64,000 nucleotides of DNA from positions 6,760 through 70,759 of the forward strand of contig JAKFYJ010000015.1 in the NCBI GenBank assembly GCA_021730935.1, given 5' to 3'. Origin of the DNA: Elusimicrobiota bacterium (lineage in GTDB: Bacteria > Elusimicrobiota > Elusimicrobia > 2-02-FULL-39-32). Shown here piece by piece: positions 1 to 9,394 of this stretch. The number at the start of each line of letters is the position of its first letter. The first letter of the stretch is position 1. A program made the translations under genes and the position numbers. Below the pieces are notes generated by a model, which worked only from the letters and a program-made list of their open reading frames with translations, was not told where the DNA came from and did no database searches.

Positions 1-764
1 GGTTCATTTTCCACGCGGAAATGGCTGATCAGGAGCAAGGCCCCTGACAAACCAAGAAACATAAACGACAGAGGAGAATTCAAAACCTGCTGAACCAAGG
101 TCCCCAGGAACAAGATCGAAATAAAATGAAACAATCTTGCCGCGCGCAAAGCGTTCGCCTGCCCCAAACGGGCGGGCATGGAATAAACGCCGTGTTCACG
201 GTCAAATTTTTCGTCGAGGAGCGCATAAATGATGTCGAAACCCGCCACCCAGAAAACGCAGAACCCTGAAAGAAGCAGAGCCGGGGCCATTTGGCTGAAG
301 GGCAGGATGCGGGGCGAAACGGCCAGCCATCCGCCCAGAGGAGCCGTCCCCCAGGAGAGGCCCAGCCACAGATGGCACCACAGGGTCCCTCGTTTGAGGA
401 GCGGATAAATCAAAAACAATGCAATGGGAATGAGCGAAAGCCAAAAACACAGGGCTGAAAGCTGATACGCCGAGAAAGCAAAGAGCGCGGCGGAACTCCA
501 GGTGAAAATCCAGGCGGCGGAAACAGAAATTTTTCCCGAGGGAATTTCCCGGGCCTGGGTTCTTGCATTTTTTGCGTCAATCTTGGCGTCCAAAATTCTA
601 TTGAACCCAAAACCCGCGGCGCGAGCGCCCATCACGGCAAAAACGATCCATAAAATCTGCGTCCAGAGGATGTCCTTCGTTCCGATCGCAAGCAAGGTCC
701 CGGAAAACACCACCGGAAGAGAGAAGAGCGTGTGCTCGATTTTTATGAATTTGAGATATTTCAA
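1..764 (-). CDS. UbiA-family prenyltransferase (4-hydroxybenzoate polyprenyltransferase / MqnP-like), runs off window start
   Basis: Not in the ORF track. Manual translation from TTG at 764 gives MKYLKFIKIEHTLFSLP...GFNRILDAKIDAKNART..REIPSG...AGFDIIYALLDEKFD, with both Asp-rich UbiA motifs and many TM segments. Confidence 0.85.
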   Translation of the reverse strand, partial: MKYLKFIKIEHTLFSLPVVFSGTLLAIGTKDILWTQILWIVFAVMGARAAGFGFNRILDAKIDAKNARTQAREIPSGKISVSAAWIFTWSSAALFAFSAYQLSALCFWLSLIPIALFLIYPLLKRGTLWCHLWLGLSWGTAPLGGWLAVSPRILPFSQMAPALLLSGFCVFWVAGFDIIYALLDEKFDREHGVYSMPARLGQANALRAARLFHFISILFLGTLVQQVLNSPLSFMFLGLSGALLLISHFRVENE

Positions 765-767
765 AGT

Positions 768-1148
768 TTATCTCGTTTCGTCCAGGACGGTGGTCACGAG
801 GCCTTCAAGTTTTTCGCTGAGATAAGGTTTGAGGAGGCAGGCATTCGCGCCGACTTCCATGGCCATGGCGTCGAGCGTCGGAGTGGGGCTTCCGGTCAGC
901 ATGATCATGGGCGTGAACTTCATTCTGGGATCGTCCCGGATCACGCGCGCGAGCTGCCAGCCGTCCATGTTGGGAAGCAGGATGTCGACGAGGACAAGGT
1001 CCGCGGACTGGTTTCTCAGATATTCCAAAGCCGCTTCAGCGCTGTCCACCTGAATGGGTTCATGGCCCATCCCCTTCATCATCGTGGCCACCAGATCGTT
1101 GACTTCTGAATCATCGTCGACGATTAATATCTTTTTCTGATTGATCAT
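768..1148 (-). CDS. Single-domain response regulator (REC)
   Basis: ILIVDDD...DLVLVDILLPNMDG...MLTG...KP receiver motifs. Confidence 0.9.
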   Translation of the reverse strand: MINQKKILIVDDDSEVNDLVATMMKGMGHEPIQVDSAEAALEYLRNQSADLVLVDILLPNMDGWQLARVIRDDPRMKFTPMIMLTGSPTPTLDAMAMEVGANACLLKPYLSEKLEGLVTTVLDETR

Positions 1149-1152
1149 CTTT

Positions 1153-3867
1153 TTACTCCTTGAAGGAGGCGATCATTTCCCGAACCCGCAAAAGCTTCTC
1201 GGCGGATTCCTTTTGCCTCGCTTCGGCTTTCTGCACTTCTTCCGGAGGAGCGTGGGTCTTGAAATCGGGGTTTGAAAGGCGGACCTTGATGCGCTCGATG
1301 TCGGCTTCAAGGTTCTGGGACTCTTTGGCGAGCCGAAGTTTTTCTTTTTCTATGTCGATGAGTCCTTCCAGCGGAATAAATATCTGCAGGTTTTTGACCA
1401 CGGCGGAGGCCGCCTTCGCGGGTTTGGGAAGATTTACGCCGAGGCTCACCTGTTCCGCTTTGCACAAGTGGCGGACATATCCAAGGTGGGACTCACAAAA
1501 CTCCCTGAGAGATTCGTCCGCAAGGTTCAGGACCATGGAAATTTTCTGGCCGGGAGGAACATTCATTTCGGAACGGATGGAGCGCACCGAGGAGACAATT
1601 TCCATGATGACTGCCATGTCCTCTTCGGCCTTGCGGTCGATCCACTTGGGTTCCGGTTTGGGATAAGATTCAAGCAAAAGGGATTTTTCTTTCCCTGCGC
1701 CGAGCTCCTTCCAAAGTTCTTCGGTGATGAAAGGCATGATCGGGTGCAGGAGCTTGAGGGAATGGGCCAGGACATGTTCCAGGATCCAGAGAGAGTCCTC
1801 CATCCTTGATTTTGTGAGCTCGACATACCAGTCGCAGAACTCGCTCCAGAGGAACTGATAAATCGCGCGGCTGGCCTGAGCGATGTTATAGCTCTCGATG
1901 GATTCCGAGACGGTGAGGACCGTGTCCTGAAAACGGGAAAGGATCCAGCGGTCGGAGAGCTCCAGCGGCGCGTCTTTTCTCGGAGCGGTTTTGCCGCGGT
2001 TCATAAACACGAAACGGCTCATGTTCCAGATTTTGTTGGCAAAGTTGCGCGCTCCCACAAAAGTGTCGTCGGAAATCTGCATGTCGCGGCCCGGGATGCT
2101 CTGGGAAGCGAGCACGAAACGCAGGGCGTCTGTCCCGAACCTTTCCATCATCGTGAGGGGGTCGATCACGTTCCCGAGGGACTTGGACATTTTCTTGCCC
2201 TGTTTATCGCGAACGATGCCATGAATGAAAACCTGCTGATAGGGAATTTTCTCCTGGGTTTTTCCGGATTGTTTGGGGTCAAAGGTGAGTCCGAACATGA
2301 CCATTCGGGCGACCCACAGATAAAGGATTTCGTGGCCCGTCACAAGGACGGAAGTCGGATAATATTTTTTGAATTCCGGAACCGGCGTGGGCCAATTAAA
2401 AACGGAGGACGGCCAGAGCGCAGAAGAAAACCAGGTGTCCAAAACATCGGGGTCCTGCTCAAAATTTGTTCCCCCGCACTCGGCGCACTTGCCGGGAGCC
2501 TGAGCGCCGGAGACGGGAGCGCATGTCGTCTTGAGGGCCGGGTGATCCTTTTCATGGCCTTCCTGATTTTTGACGCAATACCAAATCGGAATGCGGTGGC
2601 CCCACCAGATCTGGCGGGAAATGCACCAGTCCCTGAGGTTGTCCATCCAAAGGAGATAAGGTTTCGTCCAGGACTCCGGGAAAATTTTTACGAGACCCTG
2701 GCGCGTGGCGTCCGCCGCTTCCAGAGACATTTCTTTGGTGTTCAAAAACCACTGGTCCGAGACGAGCGGCTCGATCACGGTCCCGCAGCGATAGCACGTT
2801 CCGACCGAGTGAGCATAATCCTCGATTTTTTCTATGAGGTTCTGCTTTTCCAGGTCTTCCAGAATCCGTTTGCGGCACTCTTCGCGGGAAAGGCCCGAAT
2901 AAACGCCGGCTTCCTTCGTCATTTTTCCGTCGAAACCGATCACTTCGATCTTCGCGAGGTTGTGCCGTTCTCCCATGTCAAAGTCCGCAGGGTCATGAGC
3001 AGGAGTCACTTTCACGACGCCTGTCCCGAATTTGGGATCCACCGCAGAGTCCGTGATCACTTCAATTTCTTTGTCCACCAGGGGCAACTGGACCCACCAG
3101 CCGTGAATTTTTTCGTATCGCGAATCGTCGGGATTGACAGCCACCGCCGTGTCTCCGAGCAGTGTTTCCGGCCGAGTGGTCGCGACAACCAGAGGCACGC
3201 CCTGCCAGCCGTCCGCTTTGCCTGATAAAATGGGATAACGGATATGATAAAGCTTGTCTTTCCGTTCCTCAAACTCCACTTCGATGTCCGAGAGAGCCGT
3301 GTGACAGCGGACGCACCAGTTGACCATGCGTTTGCCGCGATAGATCCAGCCTTTTTTATAAAGCTCGATGAAAGCGTGAACCACGGCTTTGGAACAGGAC
3401 TCGTCCATGGTGAAATGCGTGCGCGACCAGTCCAGCATGCTCCCCAACCGGCGGAGCTGCATGAGGATGGTGTCGCCGGACTCTTTGCGCCACTGCCACA
3501 TGCGTTCCAGGAATTTTTCCCGGCCCAAATCGTGACGGGATTTTTTCTCGGCCTTGAGGAGTTTCTCCACAACATTCTGCGTGGCGATGCCGCCGTGGTC
3601 GGTGCCCGGAACCCAGAGCGTGTCAAAACCGTTCATCTTCTTGAACCGGATCAAAATGTCCTGAAGGGTGTTATTCAAGGCGTGGCCCATGTGCAGAGAG
3701 CCCGTCACATTGGGCGGCGGGATCACGATCACATAGGGCGGTTTGTCGGACGAAGGATCCGGCTCGGCGAGCTTTTCCTGAACCCAAAAATCGGCCCACC
3801 GGCTTTCGATCAGCTTGGGATCATAAGCCTTGGGAATTTCGCGTGTTGGTTCTGGCATATCAGTCAT
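1153..3867 (-). CDS. valS: Valine--tRNA ligase
   Basis: PPPNVTGSLHMGH (HIGH motif), DWCISRQIWWGH, KMSKS, C-terminal coiled coil; true start may be the second ATG at 3858. Confidence 0.97.
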   Translation of the reverse strand: MTDMPEPTREIPKAYDPKLIESRWADFWVQEKLAEPDPSSDKPPYVIVIPPPNVTGSLHMGHALNNTLQDILIRFKKMNGFDTLWVPGTDHGGIATQNVVEKLLKAEKKSRHDLGREKFLERMWQWRKESGDTILMQLRRLGSMLDWSRTHFTMDESCSKAVVHAFIELYKKGWIYRGKRMVNWCVRCHTALSDIEVEFEERKDKLYHIRYPILSGKADGWQGVPLVVATTRPETLLGDTAVAVNPDDSRYEKIHGWWVQLPLVDKEIEVITDSAVDPKFGTGVVKVTPAHDPADFDMGERHNLAKIEVIGFDGKMTKEAGVYSGLSREECRKRILEDLEKQNLIEKIEDYAHSVGTCYRCGTVIEPLVSDQWFLNTKEMSLEAADATRQGLVKIFPESWTKPYLLWMDNLRDWCISRQIWWGHRIPIWYCVKNQEGHEKDHPALKTTCAPVSGAQAPGKCAECGGTNFEQDPDVLDTWFSSALWPSSVFNWPTPVPEFKKYYPTSVLVTGHEILYLWVARMVMFGLTFDPKQSGKTQEKIPYQQVFIHGIVRDKQGKKMSKSLGNVIDPLTMMERFGTDALRFVLASQSIPGRDMQISDDTFVGARNFANKIWNMSRFVFMNRGKTAPRKDAPLELSDRWILSRFQDTVLTVSESIESYNIAQASRAIYQFLWSEFCDWYVELTKSRMEDSLWILEHVLAHSLKLLHPIMPFITEELWKELGAGKEKSLLLESYPKPEPKWIDRKAEEDMAVIMEIVSSVRSIRSEMNVPPGQKISMVLNLADESLREFCESHLGYVRHLCKAEQVSLGVNLPKPAKAASAVVKNLQIFIPLEGLIDIEKEKLRLAKESQNLEADIERIKVRLSNPDFKTHAPPEEVQKAEARQKESAEKLLRVREMIASFKE

Positions 3868-3921
3868 ATTTTACCACATCCCGAGGGGCGGCGGGCGATG
3901 TATCTGGACGGAAAACGGGGA

Positions 3922-5247
3922 TCAGAGTTTTGAAATGAGGTCGGAGACCGCGGCCGTGATCATGTCCGCTGTCTGTCTCCCGAGGGACATGTTTTCTTCG
4001 TAACCGTCGTCGTGCCATTCAGAGTCGGGAACGATGTATCCGATCTCGTTGTTGCAGAGGCCGAATACAAAAGGATATCCGGGCGCCATTTTCCGTCTCA
4101 AAACATTTCCCAGTTCCGGGAACGCTTCGCCGGGCAAGGTCAAGATCTGAGCCGGGCCGATCTGAATGAACCCGATATCCGCGGGCAAATGATAGCCGTC
4201 GGCGTCTTTATGGATATATTCCCTGGAACTGCCGAACATGCCGGATTCAATGGCGCCGACATAGCGTTTATTATTCACGGGAAAAAGGATGTCTCTGGAA
4301 CTGACCTTGAGCGTCTTGATCTCGACGGGTTTTTTATCGGAAAGGGATTCGATGACTTTTTCAGCCACGCCTTTGCCGACGCGGCCCCTGGACCAGAACG
4401 AATGGAACAGGACAAACGGCGACTGCATCCCGCCGATGTCGGCCGCGACAAACATCCCCACGCCGCCGTATTTTTTTTCGATCCTCTCGCGGAGGACGCC
4501 GGGATAATCCGAAGTGATCTCGGTGTTGCCCCCGTTCAGGACTTCGGCGTGCATGGCATAATTCGCCAGGGTGGCGATCGCACGGTTTTCCTCGTCCACG
4601 AACTGCATCGTGAGGAGCATGTCGTTGATCACTTTGGGAGGCCTGGAATCCTCAATGGGGTTGTCATAGCGGATTTTCCCGAAAACCGCGCGGGCGGGCT
4701 TGAGTCGGCTCAAAGCGTCTTTGGCGCAGTCGAAAACATGGCCCCGCACATGGCTCAAAAATTCTTCGTCTTTGCCGGTTTTCCCGTCCTGACCCCACAG
4801 CCCGATCGCGTCCGGAGCGCTGTGATCGTGAGTGCTGCAGATGAATATTCTTGAGGGAGAAACGCCCAGCTCTTTTTTGATCCGGGCCTTCACTGCGGCG
4901 ACATCGTCGAAAAGATAGCCGATCAGGTCCACCGTGATGATGAGCATGGGCTCGGTTCCGTCGCTCAGGGCCAGAGCCGTGGTCCAGAGATCGTCGTGCA
5001 CGCCCGTGGCATAGCGGCCGCCCTGATACCCTGCCAGCCAGACAGGGTCCCACTTGCCGTTCCGGTTATAATCCTTGAACGGTTCGCCGTCGTCATAACG
5101 GTGATTGTTGTTGGCGTCGCTGAAAGGTTCCACGACGGGCGTGATTTTGACCTTGGAAGCGCCGGCCATGAAATTGATTTTCGCCTCGGCGGCAAAAAGA
5201 TTGGGAACCATAAGAAGCGCGGCCAAAACCGCATAACTTTTTTTCAT
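3922..5247 (-). CDS. Secreted neutral/alkaline ceramidase-like hydrolase
   Basis: Signal peptide; GVHDDL, STHDHSAPD, NYAMHAE, SDYPG, PGEAF, GY motifs typical of ceramidase-like proteins. Confidence 0.65.
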   Translation of the reverse strand: MKKSYAVLAALLMVPNLFAAEAKINFMAGASKVKITPVVEPFSDANNNHRYDDGEPFKDYNRNGKWDPVWLAGYQGGRYATGVHDDLWTTALALSDGTEPMLIITVDLIGYLFDDVAAVKARIKKELGVSPSRIFICSTHDHSAPDAIGLWGQDGKTGKDEEFLSHVRGHVFDCAKDALSRLKPARAVFGKIRYDNPIEDSRPPKVINDMLLTMQFVDEENRAIATLANYAMHAEVLNGGNTEITSDYPGVLRERIEKKYGGVGMFVAADIGGMQSPFVLFHSFWSRGRVGKGVAEKVIESLSDKKPVEIKTLKVSSRDILFPVNNKRYVGAIESGMFGSSREYIHKDADGYHLPADIGFIQIGPAQILTLPGEAFPELGNVLRRKMAPGYPFVFGLCNNEIGYIVPDSEWHDDGYEENMSLGRQTADMITAAVSDLISKL

Positions 5248-5249
5248 GT

Positions 5250-6257
5250 TTATCCGCCCACTCCTTTAAAGAGGATGCCCCAGATGAAGTCCACGCCCAT
5301 GTGCACGACGGCGGCGATGGTGATTTTGCCCGTGACCATAAATGTCCATCCGTAAAATGCGCCCGCGATGGCGGCCAGGATCACATAAGGCCAGCTCGGC
5401 GGGTTCAAGTTGTTGTAATGAGCCATGCCGAAAATAACCGAGGCGGCCGCGAGCGCGATCCATTTTGAATAAGGCAGACGGCTGAAAATTTTCGCGCACA
5501 GGTTCTGGATGATGCTCCGGAAAAGCAGTTCTTCCGGCAGGGCCACCAGAAAATAGATCCCAAAGATACTTTCTACCATTTCCGCCACGGGAGTGTCAAA
5601 GCCGCCATACCGCAAAAAATTGAGGCGGATCCCGATGGGGATGAGAGTGACTGAAAGGGCGAGAAGCGAAAAAACAACCGGGACGAAATCCGGCCATTTC
5701 CACCGGAAGTGATATCCGATGTCCGGCAGGTTTCTGACGATGAGAAAGAGATAAAGTCCCAGGACCGGAGCGCCGAAAGCGAGAGCGGGGATTTGGATGC
5801 CTTCGCTGAATTTAATGTCAAAGCCCGACAATTTTCCGAACTCGATCGGGAGCCAGAGAATGAGAGCAGCAAGAAATTCTTTCACGTAAAATTTATGGTT
5901 CTCCAGCACAGGCGAGACAAGCAGGATCAGCGGGACAAGAACCCAAAGCGCCAAGCGCAGAAACAGGCTGGGACTGAAATTGCCCGGCCAGACGCTCGCG
6001 ATGACATAAGCCGCAAGAATCCCTGCGGGGATCAGGAGCTTGTTTAAAAATGACCGGCCCGCAAACACGCGGGAACGCTCGCAAAAAACTTCCGAACTGT
6101 ATAGGATATAGGGGATGAGAAGAACGGAAAAAGGGATGAACCCCTGGAAATATGACGCGGACCAGAAATGGATTTTGGCAAGAACCTCGAGGAGGACCGT
6201 GGCAATGCTGAAAAGCAAAACCAGGAGCCCGAGGGCAATTTTAAATTCCTTATTCAT
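5250..6257 (-). CDS. CPBP (CAAX/Abi) family intramembrane glutamic endopeptidase
   Basis: PEELLFR, FGMAH, VVHMGVD motifs; multi-TM; start chosen at MNKEF. Confidence 0.85.
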   Translation of the reverse strand: MNKEFKIALGLLVLLFSIATVLLEVLAKIHFWSASYFQGFIPFSVLLIPYILYSSEVFCERSRVFAGRSFLNKLLIPAGILAAYVIASVWPGNFSPSLFLRLALWVLVPLILLVSPVLENHKFYVKEFLAALILWLPIEFGKLSGFDIKFSEGIQIPALAFGAPVLGLYLFLIVRNLPDIGYHFRWKWPDFVPVVFSLLALSVTLIPIGIRLNFLRYGGFDTPVAEMVESIFGIYFLVALPEELLFRSIIQNLCAKIFSRLPYSKWIALAAASVIFGMAHYNNLNPPSWPYVILAAIAGAFYGWTFMVTGKITIAAVVHMGVDFIWGILFKGVGG

Positions 6258-6260
6258 CCC

Positions 6261-6905
6261 GTGTTGATTCATAAAAAAAATCGCCGGTCCGCCGTTCAGG
6301 TGTGCATCGAAATCGCTCTTATCCTGGCCTATATCTGGATCGTGGAACGCGTCAGCCCCCAAGGGTTCAACGCCGTTTTCCTCTGGGGCCTGGTCGTGGG
6401 GTTCCCCGTGGCCTGCATCGCGCTTGACCAGAGGGAGTTCCCGGAATTCAGCCTCGACTGGCAGGCCTTCCTCAACTGTCTCCGCATACTGGTCTGGTTC
6501 ACGGTGCTGGCGACTGGACTCCTCACGGCGATGTCGCTCTATTTCAAAACTTTCAATTATGACGGACAGTTCTTAAAGCGCGTCTCCGAATATATTTTCT
6601 GGGCGTTCCTTCAGCAAATCGGCCTTCAAACTTTTCTCACCCACCGCGTCGGCAAAGTCGTTTCAAACAGACGCCTCGCCGCCCTTGCAAGTTCTTCTTT
6701 GTTCGCTCTCCTGCATTTCCCCAATCCCGTGCTGATGGCGTTCACCTGGGTCAGCGGGTTTTTTTGGGCTTTGTCTTATCTTGAGGCGCCGAATTTATAT
6801 GCGATCGCGATTTCCCACGGATGGCTCGCGGTCATCGCGCTCCACAGCGTGCCCTCGTCCTGGCTCCACGGCCTCCGCGTGGGCCCCACCTACTGGACTT
6901 ACTGA
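6261..6905 (+). CDS. CPBP-like membrane protein with degenerate catalytic motif
   Basis: WAFLQQ (EE replaced by QQ), FALLHFPN, ISHG; multi-TM; GTG start at 6261 inferred. Confidence 0.7.
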   Translation: MLIHKKNRRSAVQVCIEIALILAYIWIVERVSPQGFNAVFLWGLVVGFPVACIALDQREFPEFSLDWQAFLNCLRILVWFTVLATGLLTAMSLYFKTFNYDGQFLKRVSEYIFWAFLQQIGLQTFLTHRVGKVVSNRRLAALASSSLFALLHFPNPVLMAFTWVSGFFWALSYLEAPNLYAIAISHGWLAVIALHSVPSSWLHGLRVGPTYWTY

Positions 6906-7246
6906 TTTACTTTTAGCGGAACTTTATACGCCCGCCTTGGCCGCGGCAACCCGTGGTGGATGGCGTGCCGTTCTTCTTTTTCCATGATGACGTCGATGGC
7001 GCTCCGAAATGAGCCGATGATCACCAGGAGCCAGCCCAGGACATGCGAGACGACGCTCCCGATGCTTCCGATGTTCTGAAGGAATTCCACTTTGGAGGGG
7101 CCCAGAGTGAAGGCCGCGCCCAGGAGGAAGAACAAACCTCCCACGCCCACCATGTCATAGGGCTTCTTGTAGATTTCGTATCCGGCGAGCTTTGCGAACA
7201 ACGGCGCCGAGAGGCAGGCGATCCCGAGAATGATGGTCTCGTACAT
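6899..7246 (-). CDS. Small membrane protein (about 3 TM), unknown function
   Basis: Hydrophobic segments; purine-rich SD-like AAGGGGG upstream. Confidence 0.6.
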   Translation of the reverse strand: MYETIILGIACLSAPLFAKLAGYEIYKKPYDMVGVGGLFFLLGAAFTLGPSKVEFLQNIGSIGSVVSHVLGWLLVIIGSFRSAIDVIMEKEERHAIHHGLPRPRRAYKVPLKVNQ

Positions 7247-7315
7247 TGTTGCACCCCCTTCTTTCGTCTAACAAATATACCCCCTGAAAGGCGGTTTTTC
7301 AAGGGTTCGGAATTG

Positions 7316-8713
7316 TTATAAAAGAGGGGAAAAAAGGCGGGCGGCTCCGTCCCTGAGACGGACGGGCATGGGCCTGGAATCCACTTTGGACTTTGTGATT
7401 TCCCGAGCCTGGCTTATTTTGCGGTCCACCAGAGCTGAGAGGTTTCGGGCGAGAGGAAGATCATAACATTCCACGTCCAGTTCAAAGTTGAGCCGGAGAC
7501 TCCTGCGGTCCCAGTTTGAGGAGCCGAAGAGGACCCAGGCCTCGTCAATGATCAAAAGCTTGCTGTGGTCAAAAGGCGCGGGCGTGCTCCAGACGCGGCA
7601 CCCTCTCTCAAGGACTTGCCAGAGCATGGACTGCGTTGCCCAGCGCACCAGCATGAGATCATTTTTTTCCGGCATGATAATGTCCACCCGCACACCGCTC
7701 ATGGCGGCCAAGTTCAGAGCGTTGATGAGGGTTGTGTCCGGCAGAAAATAGGGCGTCATGATTTTTATGGATTTCCGGGCGTTCGTGATGGCGCTGAGGA
7801 GAATCCAGCGGCAGTGATCCAGATCTTCGTCGGGGCCGGAACTCACCGCCCGGGCCTCGGCGTCCCCTGACTCGGAAAGTTTCGGAAACCAATTTTCTCC
7901 GTCAATAAATTCTCCTGTCGTGAACGCCCAATCCAGACGAAATGTCTCCTGAACGCGGGCCACCACCGGGCCTTCCAGGCGGAAATGGATGTCCTGGATG
8001 GGGTCAGAGGTGATGTTCATGCTCCCCGTAAACGCAATTTTTCCGTCGATCGTCAGAATTTTCCTGTGATTGCGCAGATTAAAATAAGCCATGCGCCAGG
8101 GCAGGAGAGTGGGCATGAAATAGGCCACCCTCGCGCCATTCTTTTTTAGATCCTTATATACCGAAGACCAAAAAAATCCTGAACCGACATCATCGATCAG
8201 GACCCGGACCTGAACCTTCCTCAAGGCCGCTCTGGACAAAGCGTCAATAAACATCCGGCCGGATGAATCATGGTTGAAAATGTAAGTTGAGAGACAGACG
8301 GAATTTTTCGCTTCGTTGATGGCCTGAACCATGGCGGGATAGGCCTTGTCACGATGATCAAAAAAATCAACCTTGTTGCCGAAAGTGAGCGGATTTTTTA
8401 CGACCCGCTCAACGAGGTGAGAAAGGGAAAGGAGGTGCTCGAACCCTTCGGGCAATGAGGCGGCAAACTTTTCGTCGTCAAGCTGGATCTTCGCGGCGGA
8501 TTTTGAAGTGATCCTTCTTTTTTTAAGGCGGGAGGCTTTGCGTTCGATGCGGTTGATGCCGAAGAAATAATACAGAACGGGCCCCGCGATGGGAAGAGCC
8601 CAAACCACCACCACCCACCAGGCCGCGGAGTGAGGGTCCCTGCGTCTGAGAATAGCGTGACCTGTTGAGAATACCGCGGGCAGAATATACAGGACGCCGA
8701 GGAGCACTCTCAT
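7316..8713 (-). CDS. cls: Cardiolipin synthase
   Basis: N-terminal PLDc_N TM hairpin and two HKD motifs (HRKILTID, HSKLLIID). Confidence 0.92.
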   Translation of the reverse strand: MRVLLGVLYILPAVFSTGHAILRRRDPHSAAWWVVVVWALPIAGPVLYYFFGINRIERKASRLKKRRITSKSAAKIQLDDEKFAASLPEGFEHLLSLSHLVERVVKNPLTFGNKVDFFDHRDKAYPAMVQAINEAKNSVCLSTYIFNHDSSGRMFIDALSRAALRKVQVRVLIDDVGSGFFWSSVYKDLKKNGARVAYFMPTLLPWRMAYFNLRNHRKILTIDGKIAFTGSMNITSDPIQDIHFRLEGPVVARVQETFRLDWAFTTGEFIDGENWFPKLSESGDAEARAVSSGPDEDLDHCRWILLSAITNARKSIKIMTPYFLPDTTLINALNLAAMSGVRVDIIMPEKNDLMLVRWATQSMLWQVLERGCRVWSTPAPFDHSKLLIIDEAWVLFGSSNWDRRSLRLNFELDVECYDLPLARNLSALVDRKISQAREITKSKVDSRPMPVRLRDGAARLFSPLL

Positions 8714-8722
8714 GAAGAGAGT

Positions 8723-9391
8723 TTATAATTTTTCTTTTACGATGTGTCCGTCCACGAGATGAATTCTGCGGCCCGCGTGGCTGGCGAAATCCATGTCGTG
8801 GGTCACCATGATGACGGTGGTCCCAAGCTTGGAATTGCAGTCACGGATGATTTTCATCACAAGTTCTCCGTTGACGGAATCCAAAGACCCTGTGGGCTCG
8901 TCCGCAAAAAGATATCTCGGCTCCATGCAAAGAGCCCGCGCAATCGCCACGCGTTGCATTTCGCCTCCGGACAATTGCCTGGGCAAGCGGTCCGCCTTGT
9001 CTCCCATCCCAAACTCATTAAGGAGCGAAAGACCATACGCTTTCCGTTCTTCTTCTCGGCCATATTTTCGAGCGGGCAATAAAATATTCTCCAAAGCCGT
9101 GAGTTCCGCGATCAGAAAATGGAATTGAAAAACGAACCCCATCTTTTCGTTGCGGAAACGGTGAAGGTCTTCGGATTTCATTCGGGTGATGTCAACGCCG
9201 TCGATTTCGATGGTTCCGCCCGTCGCCTTGTCCAGACTGCTCAGCAAATAAAGGAGCGTGCTCTTGCCCGCTCCGGAACGGCCCGTCAATGCCACGAATT
9301 CTCCGTCTTTAATTTCAAGATTTATGTCGGACAGGATCCGGTTGGAAGAGTTGCCGATGAATTTTTCCACGCCTCTGGCGGAAATGCCCAC
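8723..9391 (-). CDS. ABC transporter ATP-binding protein (LolD/MacB type)
   Basis: GRSGAGKS, LSGGE, ADEPTGSLD, VTHD. Confidence 0.92.
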   Translation of the reverse strand: MGISARGVEKFIGNSSNRILSDINLEIKDGEFVALTGRSGAGKSTLLYLLSSLDKATGGTIEIDGVDITRMKSEDLHRFRNEKMGFVFQFHFLIAELTALENILLPARKYGREEERKAYGLSLLNEFGMGDKADRLPRQLSGGEMQRVAIARALCMEPRYLFADEPTGSLDSVNGELVMKIIRDCNSKLGTTVIMVTHDMDFASHAGRRIHLVDGHIVKEKL

Positions 9392-9394
9392 GGG

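Noticed and set aside
2221-3933. Long plus-strand ORFs opposite valS, and similar shadow ORFs such as 38625-40043, 25691-26803 and 61638-62822
   Set aside because: They are antisense to clearly identified genes, have no recognisable motifs, and are expected from codon bias at this GC content.
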